From the IMG/VR virus record IMGVR_UViG_3300025000_000089: 64,000 bases of DNA; one strand, 5' to 3'. The translations under genes and the position numbers were made by a program. The notes below the pieces were generated by a model that saw only the letters and a program-made list of their open reading frames with translations, was not told where the DNA came from and searched no databases. Source of the DNA: an uncultured virus (IMG/VR IMGVR_UViG_3300025000_000089). Its lineage: Duplodnaviria > Heunggongvirae > Uroviricota > Caudoviricetes. Positions 17,357 through 27,194 of the stretch are shown here, piece by piece; within the stretch, counting starts at the first letter, position 1, and each line of letters begins with the position of its first letter.

Positions 17357-18088
17357 ATGAGCGAAGAAACCTTGAAAGCACTGGCGAAGATGAGGGAGCC
17401 TTTCCCTCCCAACCAGATTAGTAAACTGTGCCGGTCCACGAAGAAGGATAACCCCAAGGCGGATTGTCGCGTCTGTGGTGGGTTCCACGGTCAACCGTCC
17501 ATCGCTTTGGACTACGTGGGTCACGCGGCACTCACCGACCGGCTCTTAGAGGTGGATCCTATGTGGACATGGGAGCCGCTAGCCTATGACCCGACAGGCT
17601 CGCCGCTACTCGACCGTGACGGCGGCATGTGGATCAAGCTCACCGTTTGCGGGGTGACACGCCTAGGCTATGGCGATGCTCAAGGGAAGTCGGGCGGCGA
17701 TGCCATGAAGGAGCGTATCGGCGACGCCTTGCGCAACGCCGCTATGCGCTTTGGTGCCGCGCTTGACCTCTGGCACAAGGGGGAGCTTCACGTGGAGGAA
17801 GATGGACAGCCAGACAAGGAACCCCGGCCAGCGCAGCAACCGTCTAAGCCCACACAGCAGCCAAACGCCGGCCCGGAGGACGCAGAGTATCACGAGCGCA
17901 TCAAAGATGCCCTGCGAGCCATTTACGGCGATGACAAGGCGGCGGCACTGGCAAAGGTGGAAGAACTCACCACGTGGGAAAAAGACGGAAAAACCATCAA
18001 GGGTAACGCTGATTACAGGAAGAAGACCGGCAAGGGCGCGCAGATACTTTGTCATCAACTGGAAAAGCTGGCAGGAGTGACCAAGTAA
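17357..18088 (+). CDS. Rad52/Sak-like single-strand annealing protein
   Basis: LDYVGHAALTDRL..KERIGDALRNAAMRFGAALDLW. Confidence 0.75.
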   Translation: MSEETLKALAKMREPFPPNQISKLCRSTKKDNPKADCRVCGGFHGQPSIALDYVGHAALTDRLLEVDPMWTWEPLAYDPTGSPLLDRDGGMWIKLTVCGVTRLGYGDAQGKSGGDAMKERIGDALRNAAMRFGAALDLWHKGELHVEEDGQPDKEPRPAQQPSKPTQQPNAGPEDAEYHERIKDALRAIYGDDKAAALAKVEELTTWEKDGKTIKGNADYRKKTGKGAQILCHQLEKLAGVTK

Positions 18089-18521
18089 CGGCGGGCGATG
18101 GTCCGCAGGAGGGGTGATGGACGTACCAGAGATAACAGAAGAAACCGTGGCAAAGTGGCGCGAGCGGTGCCGCACTGAGTCGCTGACACCGGAGGATGTG
18201 GCGGCGTATCGCGTCAACTACGATGTCGCAGGGTGGGCGCGGTCGGAATACCGCAACAGCATACCTTTCGGCGCGGTGCTGGCTATTGAGCGGCTGTGCT
18301 GCGAGATGGAGCGGCTGACGGAGATCGCGGATCAACTAACCTGTCAGAAGAACGCCTGTCAACAGGTCATAGCTGAACGGGACGCCGAGATAGAGCGGCT
18401 CAAATCCGGCGCTCAAGGGTATCCACACGTTGGCGCAGTTCGACCTCGCCAATGGGTACCGGCTATTGCTGCACCCGAAGGACGTGGCGAAGCTGTGCGA
18501 GAATGCGCTGAAGGAGGAGAA

Positions 18522-18893
18522 GTGACCGCCAACACATGCCCCCATGAACAAGCAGAACAGCAGACCCTTGCAGCGTGGTTAGACTGGCACGGCATCCGAT
18601 GGTGTCACATACCGAACGAAGGGAAAAAGACAGTAGCCTACCACGCGAAAATGAAGCGGCAAGGGCTCAAATCTGGCGTTCCTGACGTTCTTATCTTCGA
18701 CCCGCCGCCAATGTATCCCGCCGACTTTGTAGGCGCTGTAATCGAGCTTAAGCGCGTCAAGGGTGGCACCGTGTCGCCGGAGCAACGGTACTGGCTGGCA
18801 GAACTGGAATTGCGGCGATGGAAATGCACCGTTGCCAAGGGTGCGGGCGCAGCTATCGAGTGGTTGGAATCGTTGGGATACGGAAAGAAATAG
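18522..18893 (+). CDS. VRR-NUC nuclease
   Basis: HIPNEG..GLKSGVPD..IELKR..GTVSPEQ; own RBS AGGAGG and GTG start. Confidence 0.85.
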   Translation: MTANTCPHEQAEQQTLAAWLDWHGIRWCHIPNEGKKTVAYHAKMKRQGLKSGVPDVLIFDPPPMYPADFVGAVIELKRVKGGTVSPEQRYWLAELELRRWKCTVAKGAGAAIEWLESLGYGKK

Positions 18894-18996
18894 CTACCAG
18901 GGGCCAACACCTCTCGCCGTCATTGCGGCCCCTGCTACCGTCTCCCCTTTGGGATTGGCCCTCTGGGGAGACATTTTAAACACCTTGGAGGTGTGT

Positions 18997-20385
18997 GTGA
19001 CATACGAAGAGTTTTTGCAATCGAAGTTGATAACGTCTGCACCGTCTGGATTCGACATCGCCCGGGACAGTCTCCCCGCGAATATGTACGAGTACCAGAA
19101 GGATCTGGTGCAGTGGGGGTGTAAGAGAGGCAAGGCTGCATTCTTTACCATGACTGGGACAGGTAAGACCGTTATGGAAGGTGCGTGGGGGCAGATGGTA
19201 TGCAACCATACCGGCGGCACAGTCTTATGGTTGGCGCCGTTGGCAGTATCAAAGCAAACCGTCAGAGAGTGCGCCAAGTTCGGCATAACAGTTCACCTTT
19301 GCCGCACTCAATCCGATGTTATCCCCGGTGCACTCAATATCACCAACTACCAGATGTTGCACCATTTTGACCCGGCTGCGTTTATCGGGATCATTCTTGA
19401 CGAATCCAGCCTTATCAAAGCGGCAGACGGCAAAACTCGCATTCAGATTATTGAGTTTGCCAGTTCAATTGCATACCGACTTGCCGGGACAGCCACACCA
19501 TCACCTAACGATTACATGGAACTTGGCAATCATGCCGAGTTTCTAGGCATCATGAGCTATACCGAAATGCTCGCCACGTTCTTTGTTCATGACGGTGGCG
19601 AAACAAGCAAGTGGAGGCTCAAGGGACACGCGGAGGAGAGCTTTTGGGAGTGGCTGGCAACGTGGGGTGTTTTCCTCACAAAGCCGTCTGACCTTGGATA
19701 CTCAGATGAAGGGTTCGACCTTCCACTGCTCAACACGTTTCAGCATGTGGTGGAGTCGGCACCGACAGAGGGAAGTCTCTTTGTGGTCGAAGCGGCGAGT
19801 CTCACGGAACGCCGCGCAGCAAGGAAGGAGTCGCTTGAAAGAAGGGTGGCTAAATGCGCCGAAATCGTCGCGCAGAGCCGCAAGCCCTTTCTGGTATGGT
19901 GCGGGCTCAATGCGGAATCTGAAGCACTCAAAGCGGCCATTCCCGGCGCGGTGGAAGTGACCGGCAGTGACAGCGACGAACACAAGGAAAAATCCATGAT
20001 GGATTTCGCCGCGGGCAAGATCGACGTGATGATTTCTAAGAGTTCGATCTGCGGTTTCGGCATGAATTGGCAAGTCTGCGCTGATACTGCTTTCGTCGGC
20101 ATGTCCGATTCTTTTGAGGCGCTTTTCCAGTCAACGAAGCGTTTCCACCGACACGGGCAGACCAAGGAAGTCAACCGTCACCTCATTATCAGCGAGGCGG
20201 AAGGGTCCGTATTGAACAACGTCAAGCGCAAAGAGAAAGAGTTTGAAACCATGATCGCTCACATGGTTGAGCATACCAAGAAAATGAGCATCGCCAATAT
20301 TCGCAGTCTCACGAATCAGAAGGATTCTTATAGAGCAGAGGATGCGATAGTCATCCCGGCATGGCTCAAAGAGGGAGGGTATTAA
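18997..20385 (+). CDS. SF2 (SNF2-like) helicase/ATPase
   Basis: TGTGKT, ILDESS, TATPSPND, GFGMNWQ. Confidence 0.85.
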   Translation: MTYEEFLQSKLITSAPSGFDIARDSLPANMYEYQKDLVQWGCKRGKAAFFTMTGTGKTVMEGAWGQMVCNHTGGTVLWLAPLAVSKQTVRECAKFGITVHLCRTQSDVIPGALNITNYQMLHHFDPAAFIGIILDESSLIKAADGKTRIQIIEFASSIAYRLAGTATPSPNDYMELGNHAEFLGIMSYTEMLATFFVHDGGETSKWRLKGHAEESFWEWLATWGVFLTKPSDLGYSDEGFDLPLLNTFQHVVESAPTEGSLFVVEAASLTERRAARKESLERRVAKCAEIVAQSRKPFLVWCGLNAESEALKAAIPGAVEVTGSDSDEHKEKSMMDFAAGKIDVMISKSSICGFGMNWQVCADTAFVGMSDSFEALFQSTKRFHRHGQTKEVNRHLIISEAEGSVLNNVKRKEKEFETMIAHMVEHTKKMSIANIRSLTNQKDSYRAEDAIVIPAWLKEGGY

Positions 20386-20386
20386 C

Positions 20387-21304
20387 TTGGTGAAGGACCA
20401 GATCGTCAATGATAAGTTTGCAGTTTACAACGCTGATTGCGTCGAGGTGGCGAGAGGTATCCCGACCGATTCAATCCACTATTCCATCAGCTCCATCCCG
20501 TTCGCTTCGCTGTACACGTATTCCAACTCCGAGCGCGACATGGGGAACTGCCGCACGTACTCCGAGTTTGGCGACCACTTCGCTTTCATGGTCAAGGAGT
20601 GGCTGCGCGTCATGATGCCGGGGCGTCTGGTGTCGATCCACTGCATGAACCTCCCGACCAGCAAGCAGCACCACGGCCATATCGGGCTGCAAGACTTTCG
20701 CGGCGACATCATCCGGTGGTTTCAGTCTGAGGGGTTTATCTACCACTCCGAAGTCTGCATCTGGAAGGATCCTGTTGTGGCAATGCAGCGCACGAAAGCA
20801 CTTGGGCTTCTTCATAAGCAGATCAAGAAGAACAGCGCCATGAGCCGCCAAGGGATACCTGATTACCTTGTCACATTCCGCAAGCCTGGCGACAATCCCG
20901 AACCGGTGACGCATACCAATGAATCGTTTCCGGTCCTCATGTGGCAGCGTTACGCTGACCCGGTATGGGTAACAACAAATCAGCTTGAAGATGATGGTTT
21001 TTTCAAGCTCACCCAGGATATTAACCCGAGCGACACTCTGCAAAAGCAGTCAGCAAGGGACCACAAAGATGAGCGCCACATTTGCCCGCTCCAGCTCCGT
21101 GTGATCGAAAGGGGCATCAACCTGTGGAGTAACCCGGGCGACGTGGTTTATGACCCTTTTGGCGGCATCGGCAGCACCGGATACGTGGCACTCAAGAGCC
21201 AACGCCGCACAGTCATGTCCGAGCTGAAAGAGAGCTATTACCGGCAACTCGTACTCAACTGCCAGTCTGCTGTCGATCACCGCGACAGTATGCTGCTTTT
21301 CTAG
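20387..21304 (+). CDS. Beta-class N4/N6 DNA methyltransferase
   Basis: Catalytic-position SIPF, HICPLQL, DPFGGIGST. Confidence 0.85.
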   Translation: MVKDQIVNDKFAVYNADCVEVARGIPTDSIHYSISSIPFASLYTYSNSERDMGNCRTYSEFGDHFAFMVKEWLRVMMPGRLVSIHCMNLPTSKQHHGHIGLQDFRGDIIRWFQSEGFIYHSEVCIWKDPVVAMQRTKALGLLHKQIKKNSAMSRQGIPDYLVTFRKPGDNPEPVTHTNESFPVLMWQRYADPVWVTTNQLEDDGFFKLTQDINPSDTLQKQSARDHKDERHICPLQLRVIERGINLWSNPGDVVYDPFGGIGSTGYVALKSQRRTVMSELKESYYRQLVLNCQSAVDHRDSMLLF

Positions 21305-21316
21305 GGGGGGCCACTA

Positions 21317-21688
21317 ATGGGTAAAGAATCCCGCGCAAAACTAGCAGCTCCCGAGACCATGCTCCCCCGCGCAGACGTGCCGGTTATCGCGATGCTGGCG
21401 CTGATGGACGCGCTACTGGTTGACATGGAGAGGACGGCGCATACAGTCACCGAAAGCAGCAGGTTGCGAGAACATCGCGCACGGCTGAGAGCGTCGATGA
21501 GAAAGGATGTGGAGAGGTACAACGGAACGTTCGCCGGCAGGGTGACGGATGAGCTGATCCAGAAATGCGACCGCTACCTCTGCCGCGTCCAGGATGCCAT
21601 GGATACCTTTTTCGAAGACCTCACGCCGGAAGATTTGGCGGAAATGGAGCGTGTCAAAGCGAACTGGCCGCAGCACAAAGACAATTAA
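21317..21688 (+). CDS. Conserved hypothetical protein
   Basis: Near-identical to 58006-58377. Confidence 0.7.
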   Translation: MGKESRAKLAAPETMLPRADVPVIAMLALMDALLVDMERTAHTVTESSRLREHRARLRASMRKDVERYNGTFAGRVTDELIQKCDRYLCRVQDAMDTFFEDLTPEDLAEMERVKANWPQHKDN

Positions 21689-22509
21689 CCATCCTCTGCC
21701 CTGTGCGGCTGGGGATATTTCCGAAGGGGGCAACGATGCCACACGAACAAATTGAGGACAGTTATGTCTCTGCCGAATCGACCGGCTACAGCGAAGGCGC
21801 AGGAGGGCTTTCTGGCTGTACTCACGAGGACGGCAACGGGTATTGCAACCATCCGATGGGCGTCCACGTAGACTGCGAGGATGCAAGTGCAATGGATGTG
21901 GATACATTGGACATCGATGTAATGTGCCTGAGGGCGCTATAACGGCTGGGGATATTTGGGGAGGGGAAGATGACAGTTAGGGATGCGGGATACATCAGCA
22001 GGATGCTCATAGAGGCATCCAACCACCATAGCGGGCTCACGGCGGAACTAATGGAGGGTGCAGCGTCGGAGATTGACTTGCTGATAGACGAGAAGGCCGA
22101 TTTGCAAGCCAAGATAGACCGCCTCACCCTCTCCGCAGCCGAATCGCAGCGGGAGGTGGAGAGGTTGAAAGAGATTGCAATTTTGCTTGACGAAAAGGCG
22201 ATGCAGTACATCAACAAAGCAGCGGCTTGTGAGGAATGGGAGGAAAAGGCCCAAAATGCCGAAGCCGAGCGGGACAAGTACAAGGCCGCGCTGGAGTCAC
22301 AGACAGCATTGGTAAACAGCAATATTATCACTACATGGCCTGACATAGCAGGTCGGTTGATAGCTATCGCCAAGGAAGCACTGACAGAGGCGGTGCGGCA
22401 TGAGTAAGCCGGGATTCCTCCTCAAATTCATAGCCGAGTGCGTAGCTTTTGCCGTCACCGGATCCTCTTGCAACACTCCCAGGAAGAAGAAAAAGAAGGA
22501 GGGGAAGAA

Positions 22510-22692
22510 GTGACCACACCCTGTCCCAAATGCCAAGGCAGCGGCAAAGACCTGACCAAGCTGGCCGTCCGCGCCAAAGTTCCAAACACCCTCCCCGGCC
22601 TGCCGCGCTATAAGCTCGTATCGCCGTTGTGCGACCTCTGCGGCGGGAGCGGGGAGCGGGAGGAAATTGGCCTGACCATCAGCCAAGCGTAG
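22510..22692 (+). CDS. DnaJ-type zinc-finger microprotein
   Basis: CPKCQGSG and CDLCGGSG; conserved in unit 2 (~59011-59193). Confidence 0.6.
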   Translation: MTTPCPKCQGSGKDLTKLAVRAKVPNTLPGLPRYKLVSPLCDLCGGSGEREEIGLTISQA

Positions 22693-22701
22693 GAGACTGA
22701 C

Positions 22702-23271
22702 ATGATATGTATTGATTGTGGAGCGGAGACGGGCAGTAAAAGGCGCAAACGGTGCGACCCTTGCCGAGTGATAAGGGAAGCGGAGAAGATCAAAGAGACC
22801 AACAGGCGGCACTCGATCAAACGGGCGGCAGAGAAGAAAGCGAACCCGCGAAAGTGTGTGAACGATGGCAAGCCTACGGAGCATCCCCGCGTCAAGTACT
22901 GCAAAGAGTGCCGTATCGCAGCAGCAAAGGCGCGGGAAGAGAGCAAGTCAAAGCGCGTTGCTGTGGCGCGTATCGGCACAGAGGAGCGCAGGAAGCGGCA
23001 GAGGGAGGCAGAGGGTGAGATCCTCATCAAGCCTGCGAAGCCCTGGAAGCGCAAGCCGAAGCCCGCGCCGATCATGACCAACGAAGAGCAGAAAAGGCAC
23101 GATGAAGAACTGGAAAAGCGGCTGTCGGAGGAGTGCGGATACAACCGCAGCGACCCGCGATCACTGTCAAAGGAGGAGATCGAGGTGCTATTGCATTCTC
23201 TCATCCGCGAACCGCAACGGCCTAGTTATGTCGGCTACTGTGACAGGATGATGACAGAGGGATGGAGCTGA
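22702..23271 (+). CDS. Basic Cys-rich (zinc-binding) protein
   Basis: CxxC pairs; homologue at 59350-59919. Confidence 0.65.
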   Translation: MICIDCGAETGSKRRKRCDPCRVIREAEKIKETNRRHSIKRAAEKKANPRKCVNDGKPTEHPRVKYCKECRIAAAKAREESKSKRVAVARIGTEERRKRQREAEGEILIKPAKPWKRKPKPAPIMTNEEQKRHDEELEKRLSEECGYNRSDPRSLSKEEIEVLLHSLIREPQRPSYVGYCDRMMTEGWS

Positions 23272-23303
23272 CAGAGTTAACCCCCTTGCACATTCATTTT
23301 CCA

Positions 23304-23479
23304 TTGCGTGCGCTGCGGGCTGAGAGTATTATGACGGAAATATTGAGCGGTTGAACACAACGGGCCGGTTGTGTGTTAACATAGAGCTTAGGTTAGTGGT
23401 TCGCCCTCTGTACGGAGTGGTGCGCTGCAACCGGTACCCCGATGTGGAGACGGCCCTCTCCCATTGGGGTATTTTTTTT
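23304..23479 (+). promoter_or_regulatory. Promoter(s), leader and terminator upstream of the replication initiator
   Basis: TTGCGT-17-TATTAT at 23304-23332; TGnTAACAT at 23374-23382; hairpin 23435-23471 plus T8. Confidence 0.65.
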
Positions 23480-23508
23480 GTTTTTCTGCAATGAAGGAGC
23501 GGCAATAG

Positions 23509-24225
23509 ATGAATTCCGATATCCGATTAAAGGTAAGCTTTCCCAATCATCACAAGATCAAGAAACTGTACCGGCGATTAGGGCCACAGGGACCGCTAAG
23601 TCTGATATATCTCTGGCTCTATGTTGCTGAAAATAAACCGGATGGCGTGCTTTCTGGCATGGATGATGAGGACGTAGAATTAGCTGCGCAATGGACCGGC
23701 GATGCTCGTAGCATGCTCGTAGCATTGCTAGAGCTATGCTTGCTCGAAAAAGGGCATGACGGATACATCGTTCACGACTGGAAAGATAACAATCCGTACG
23801 CCGCCCATGCACCTCTCCGAGCAGAAAAGGCAAGAAAAGCCGCTTCAATCCGATGGGAGAAAAGAGGGAAAAATCAAGATGTTAATGCTAAGGGCAATGC
23901 TCCGAGCATGCCACTAGCATCATTTAGCAATGCCCCTTCTCCTTCTCCTTCTCCTTATCCAAAAGAAAAAGAAATGTCGGAATTCGAAAAAGAGCGTTTG
24001 GAATTCTTCGAGCAGCTATGGGAGGTCTACCCGAAGAAGGACGGAAAGAAGGCTGCGCTTCGTCACTATCTCGCATCCGTCAAAACCGATGCCGACCTTG
24101 AACGCATTAACGCAGCGTTGGGTTCATACCTGATCCATGTCAAGGAGACGGACCCGAAGTTTATCAAGAACGGCTCGACGTGGTTTCACAACTGGGAAGA
24201 CTGGGAGCCAACCAATGAGCGTTAA
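23509..24225 (+). CDS. Replication initiator (O-like)
   Basis: YIVHDW.D.NP, PSPSPSP linker, FEQLWEVYPKK.GKK..A..FIKNGSTWF; upstream of helicase. Confidence 0.8.
   Translation: MNSDIRLKVSFPNHHKIKKLYRRLGPQGPLSLIYLWLYVAENKPDGVLSGMDDEDVELAAQWTGDARSMLVALLELCLLEKGHDGYIVHDWKDNNPYAAHAPLRAEKARKAASIRWEKRGKNQDVNAKGNAPSMPLASFSNAPSPSPSPYPKEKEMSEFEKERLEFFEQLWEVYPKKDGKKAALRHYLASVKTDADLERINAALGSYLIHVKETDPKFIKNGSTWFHNWEDWEPTNER
23702..23935. repeat. Iteron-like ATGCT..AGCA repeats, putative origin
   Basis: ATGCTCGTAGCATGCTCGTAGCATTGCTAGAGC and AATGCTAAGGGCAATGCTCCGAGCATGC inside the initiator gene. Confidence 0.55.
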
Positions 24226-25591
24226 GCCCCTCCCCGCCAACGTGGAAGCCGAGATGAGCGTACTTGGCGCGGTCTTTATGGACAATGACTGCTTCAAGAC
24301 AGTTTCCGGCCTGGTAGACGGCGGCGACTTTTCGAGAGAGCCGCATCGAATCATCTTCCACGCCATGTGTGGCGCAGCGATCACCGGCACCCCTGTTGAC
24401 CTTGTAACCATGTCGGCGGCACTCAAGGACAGCGGCAACCTTGAGGCAGTCGGCGGCGGCGCTTACCTCTACGCGCTTTCGGATTTCGTACCGACATCGG
24501 CCAACGTCGCCCACTACTGCAAACTGGTCAAAGAGGCATCGGTAAGGCGGAAACTGATCGAGCATTGCCAACGGGTAACGGCGGCGGCGTACTCTGGGCC
24601 CCTGGACGAGAGCTTGAAGGAAGCGCGGATGGAACTGGCAGGACTTGCCGGGAGCATGGATAGCTTCGGCGGCGTCAGTCTCAAGGACATCACCACCGTG
24701 CAGGACCGGGCCGCACTCTACGCCAAGCACGCGAGGGATCTGGAGCGCAACAGGTTCACCACCGGCTTTTACCGACTTGACTCCATCATCCGCGGCGTGG
24801 CACCGGGCGAGGTAATGACCATCATCGCAGAGCCGGGCGGATTCAAGACGGCATGGCTGCAAAACCTCCTTCTGCGCGGTGCCAAGCGCACCGGACTCCA
24901 TCACCTGTTCTTTTCCCTCGAAATGCCGGTGGAAAAGGTCTTTGAACGTGAGGCGCAGATTTCGAGCGGGATGGTGGGGCGGGAGGTCGAGAAGATCTAC
25001 CGTCACGCGGAAGACAAGACACGGGAAGAGGCGAAGGACCTTTACAAGCGGACGTACAGTCATGGATCACACGGCCTGCTGGTCTGTGACAAGCCACGGC
25101 TCGACATTGCCAAGATCACCCGATACACGGAGCTCGCGGCGACCAAGTACGGCAAGATCAACGCGATAGGGATTGACTACCTGGGGCTGATGCACGCGCC
25201 AGGGAAAAGCCTTTTCGAGAAAACGCAGTTCATCGCGCCAGAATTCAAGCACATGGCGAAGGAGTTGGGGATACCGGTTATCCTCCTATGCCAGATCAAC
25301 AGGGAAGGGGCAAAGAACGCACACGACATCCTCATAACCGATGCCAAGGGCGGCGGCGACATCGAAGCATCCGCAGACATCATGCTAGGCTTTTACCACG
25401 ACGAAAACGGCATCCTCGTTTGCAAGGTGCTGAAGAACCGCAACGGGGCAAGCGGCGGGAAACTGGCTGTCGAGCTGAACAGGGAAGCGTTTCAGTTTCT
25501 GGACATGACCGAGTACGAGGAGCCGGTGAAAGGTGGTAGGCGGGTAATGGCTGTGCCGCGTAAACGAACAGGGGAGGATCTGCCAGAATGA
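24215..25591 (+). CDS. DnaB-like replicative helicase (divergent)
   Basis: EAEMSVLG N-domain, AEPGGFKT, FFSLEM, IDYLGL, QINRE, KNRNG. Confidence 0.85.
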   Translation: MSVKPLPANVEAEMSVLGAVFMDNDCFKTVSGLVDGGDFSREPHRIIFHAMCGAAITGTPVDLVTMSAALKDSGNLEAVGGGAYLYALSDFVPTSANVAHYCKLVKEASVRRKLIEHCQRVTAAAYSGPLDESLKEARMELAGLAGSMDSFGGVSLKDITTVQDRAALYAKHARDLERNRFTTGFYRLDSIIRGVAPGEVMTIIAEPGGFKTAWLQNLLLRGAKRTGLHHLFFSLEMPVEKVFEREAQISSGMVGREVEKIYRHAEDKTREEAKDLYKRTYSHGSHGLLVCDKPRLDIAKITRYTELAATKYGKINAIGIDYLGLMHAPGKSLFEKTQFIAPEFKHMAKELGIPVILLCQINREGAKNAHDILITDAKGGGDIEASADIMLGFYHDENGILVCKVLKNRNGASGGKLAVELNREAFQFLDMTEYEEPVKGGRRVMAVPRKRTGEDLPE

Positions 25592-26867
25592 GCAACTACC
25601 GATACCTGACCAACATCAACGGCAAGTGGCAGCGCGAATACCCCGACAACGTGTTTCAGTGGCTTTGGGCGAATGACGGCAAAGAAGCCGTAGCCGTATC
25701 GGACGCGGATAAGGTCTACTACTGCTCGACCCCCGCCATGATGGAGCGGTACCGGGAGGCATGGGCGGCGGAAGGGAAGATGGGAGATACGCGAACGGTG
25801 GCAATGTTCTTCGATCTGGGGCAGAAGTTGCACGGTGCGGATGTGATCGAAACAGCAAACGAGCTTTTCTGAGCCGCTACCCCGTCAAATTTGGGCGAAC
25901 TGGGTTTGGCGCATAGGACATTGAGGGGCAGAAAAAAGGGGCGGCTTAAAACGCAAATTTGGAGGTTTTATGTTATCAGTGGGGCAGAAGTTGTGGTATG
26001 TGCCGAATCATGGAGAGGCGCGTGAGATCGAAGTAACCAAAGTGGGCAGGAAATGGGCGACCACTCCGGCGCGGAGGGGTTTAAGGGTAGACGTGAACAC
26101 GCTTCGCGCTGATGATGCGGGGTATTCGCCCGGCAGATGTTACCTTGACCGCGAGAAATACGAAACAGAACAGGCAAGACAGGCTGAATGGTGGAATCTG
26201 TACCGGTGTCTATCCGCTTCCCCGCCGGCGCACATGACGCTTGAGGACATCAGGGAGATCCGCGCTAAGCTGCAGATATAGCCAAATTTGGGGCGAAATA
26301 GGGAAAGGGGGAATTATGAGCAAGGAACTTGGAAAATACAAGCGGGCACTGGAATTCGCCAAGACAGGTCTTATTGCTTTGTCGCGGCTCGGTGGTGGCA
26401 ACTCGGACGGGAACGAAATGGCAAGAAAACAGTTGGAGGGGATTGACGCCATCCTTAACCCGCCGCCCGTTTACGAAGATGTGACGGTGGAGCGGTGGGA
26501 GTGCGATGTGTGCGGCGGCATACGTCAGACGGACCCTTGCAACGATTTGTGTCTCTGCCATACGACCGGAGAGGATTTAAAAAAGTGGACCTACACCAAA
26601 CTCACCGGCATCCGACGCGTGCAAGTGGCACAGAAGGTCGAGCGGAGTGTTAGCGTGGAGGCGCACATCAACGGGTTCGGAAATGTCTTTAGCCTTAACG
26701 GGGACAGCCTCTTTTCTGAACATCCCGAGGTCCATAGCAAAACCGGCACTCTCACATTCATGGTTAAGGAGTAAATGGAAAGGCCCCTTGAGTGGGGCCA
26801 GTTTCATAATAAGGTTGACATTTCCTCAATGATGTTGTACGGCTACACGCAAACAGAGGGCACGCAC

Positions 26868-27194
26868 ATGAATGTTAACGACCGGACCGTCAACGCGATA
26901 CAGGGGAAAACGTGGAGCTACCAGCAGCAGGAGCGCGAATCGCTCACCTATACCGTGAACTGGTCCGCTGTATTGGGTGCTGACACCATCGAAACCAGCG
27001 CGTGGACGGTACAGGGGCAGGCAATGTCAACAGGGGCTTACACGGACTCTCACGCGGCTGTAACGGTCAACGCAAGCCAGGGGAGGTATAAACTGGCGAA
27101 CGTGATCACCACGGCGAACGGAGAGACGCATGAGCGCGTGATAAAGCTGCAGGTGCTGCCGGCTGACGTGGAAGTGGCGGGGGATTACGAATAA
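26868..27194 (+). CDS. Fibre-tail adaptor-like protein
   Basis: E.LTYTVNWS.VLG.DTI..SAWTV..Y.L.N.ITT..G...ER; first late gene after hairpin 26782-26799 and TTGACA at 26815. Confidence 0.6.
   Translation: MNVNDRTVNAIQGKTWSYQQQERESLTYTVNWSAVLGADTIETSAWTVQGQAMSTGAYTDSHAAVTVNASQGRYKLANVITTANGETHERVIKLQVLPADVEVAGDYE

Noticed and set aside
18763..18996. N-terminal extension of the helicase in the ORF track
   Set aside because: It overlaps VRR-NUC and a non-coding linker; the RBS supports GTG at 18997
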